From a virus: DNA of 64,000 bases. Where the stretch lies: the IMG/VR virus record IMGVR_UViG_3300021960_000046, positions 1 to 64,000 of that record; one strand, given 5' to 3'. The stretch's first letter is position 1. Every line of letters begins with the position of its first letter. Position numbers and translations under genes: made by a program. The notes below the pieces were generated by a model. The model worked only from the letters and a program-made list of their open reading frames with translations. It ran no database searches and was not told the DNA's origin. Positions 63,050 through 64,000 of the stretch are shown piece by piece.

Positions 63050-63329
63050 TAACTACAACACCTTCAATATGTGTATAACCTAATTCTAAGGCCGCCTTTA
63101 CTCTTTGACTGCCACGCCATACACTAAATTCTTTTTCTGTATATTTAGTACCGTTTGCCCCGTATCTAATTCTATTGGAAATATGATGTCTGATTACTTC
63201 TATTGGATTTTCTAATTCTTCACCCTCTAATAGTTCTAGTAGAGGTGTCATAGACTTAATATGTACTAAATCGTCTAGTTTAAGAATTATCTTCTTTGGA
63301 TTCTGTTGCTTCGCCTTCAATAACTTCAT
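63042..63329 (-). CDS. Small ParB/Srx-like protein
   Basis: LENPIEV...VWRGSQRVKAALELGYTHI, degenerate ParB GxxR motif. Confidence 0.55.
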   Translation of the reverse strand: MKLLKAKQQNPKKIILKLDDLVHIKSMTPLLELLEGEELENPIEVIRHHISNRIRYGANGTKYTEKEFSVWRGSQRVKAALELGYTHIEGVVVND

Positions 63330-63750
63330 TATCTTTCCTATTCAATAACTTTTGCAATTCTGCTGTAGAACCTACGAACAAAGCATTCTGTATTTTAGTA
63401 TCAGATTTCTTTGTTACTTCTTTTAAATCTTTTAGTTTCTTTTGTAAGTCTTGTAGTTTATCTGTTACTTGTGCAACTTGGCCAATTAATTGTCCTGCAA
63501 CTTCATAAGCTCTAGGGTGTTGGCCTTCTTTTGCAATTTCTAAAATACCTTCAATTGCTTGTTGACCTTTTTCAATTAGATTATAATAATTTTCTCTACT
63601 ATAATCATAATCATTATCAATGTCACCTTTACTTTCATCTACTTTTCTAACAACGGCTTTTGGTTGTTCAAAGTCTGTAACAGATATCTCTTTTTCTTTT
63701 TTAGGTTCTAATCCTAAAATTTCATTTACACTATCTTCTAATTTGCTCAT
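63280..63750 (-). CDS. gp16: Terminase small subunit
   Basis: DYDYSR..YNLIEKGQ, HPRAYEVAGQL, NALFVGST.ELQK. Confidence 0.93.
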   Translation of the reverse strand: MSKLEDSVNEILGLEPKKEKEISVTDFEQPKAVVRKVDESKGDIDNDYDYSRENYYNLIEKGQQAIEGILEIAKEGQHPRAYEVAGQLIGQVAQVTDKLQDLQKKLKDLKEVTKKSDTKIQNALFVGSTAELQKLLNRKDNEVIEGEATESKEDNS

Positions 63751-63752
63751 AA

Positions 63753-64000
63753 TTATTCATCTTGTCCCGTCGCTGGATTATATGACTTAGAGTCCGTAAA
63801 AAAGTCAATTGTTGTTGTAAAACCAAAATCATCATTTGCGTCAGCCGATAATGGGTCTGGCACTACGATAATTCGTTCTTGTCTTGCTGTATCTGGCAAA
63901 TCAACAGCCAAATCTGCTTGTGTCTTTTTAATAATACCTTGTTCTTGCATTGGACCATACAAATATGTTTTCGCTGTAAATTGCATTGTGTAAATCACAG
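63753..64000 (-). CDS. gp15: Tail sheath stabiliser, 3' end (gene begins beyond the window)
   Basis: IYTMQFTAKTYLYGP...DDFGF; directly upstream of gp16. Confidence 0.85.
   Translation of the reverse strand, partial: VIYTMQFTAKTYLYGPMQEQGIIKKTQADLAVDLPDTARQERIIVVPDPLSADANDDFGFTTTIDFFTDSKSYNPATGQDE

Noticed and set aside
549-63508. Numerous plus-strand ORFs of 60-132 aa, and short alternative-frame minus-strand ORFs, in the ORF track
   Set aside because: They lie opposite or within well-supported minus-strand genes, show antisense-shadow composition (Ser/Leu/Ile/Phe-rich) and have no recognisable motifs.
1-64000. CRISPR array, diversity-generating retroelement, integrase or transposase
   Set aside because: No regularly spaced direct repeats and no reverse transcriptase, recombinase or transposase motifs seen by eye.
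1-64000. Alternative genetic code or stop-codon reassignment
   Set aside because: Core genes are full length under the standard bacterial code, use TAA, TAG and TGA as stops, and no suppressor tRNA is present.

Overview
This is a 64-kb, AT-rich segment of a marine T4-like myovirus genome, with essentially all genes on the minus strand. The auxiliary set (rpsU/S21, peptide deformylase, 2Fe-2S ferredoxin, Hsp20, MazG, CobS-like AAA plus vWA partner, flavin halogenase, nine 2OG-Fe(II) oxygenases) and the absence of photosynthesis genes in the window suggest a heterotrophic, probably alphaproteobacterial (SAR11-like) host; this is inference. In transcription order (right to left) the window holds the morphogenesis block (gp15-gp23, gp3), the replication/recombination block (uvsY, uvsW, gp55, gp47/46, gp45/44/62, regA, gp43, uvsX, gp41), three tRNAs, a block of probable head-internal proteins, and a lysis-like cluster with overlapping spanins. 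Main observations: (1) About ten proteins start with a T4 capsid-targeting-like peptide and several carry prohead-protease-like sites between domains; they include a Pol-beta NTase/HIGH nucleotidyltransferase fusion, a zeta-like kinase, an adenylate kinase, a ligase-fold protein and a RimK-RimB fusion, suggesting a virion-packaged, injected enzyme set. (2) A ~315-nt ORF-free, pseudoknot-rich structured RNA lies downstream of rpsU. (3) Two DUF4338/DruA-like paralogues occur, one beside DNA polymerase and one beside a GIY-YIG-like nuclease. (4) Two tRNA-Gly genes share a non-canonical A18/G55 elbow. (5) A ROSE-like thermometer precedes hsp20. (6) A consensus antisense promoter sits back-to-back with the gp55 promoter. 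All family calls come from motif recognition by eye; no searches or folding programs were run.
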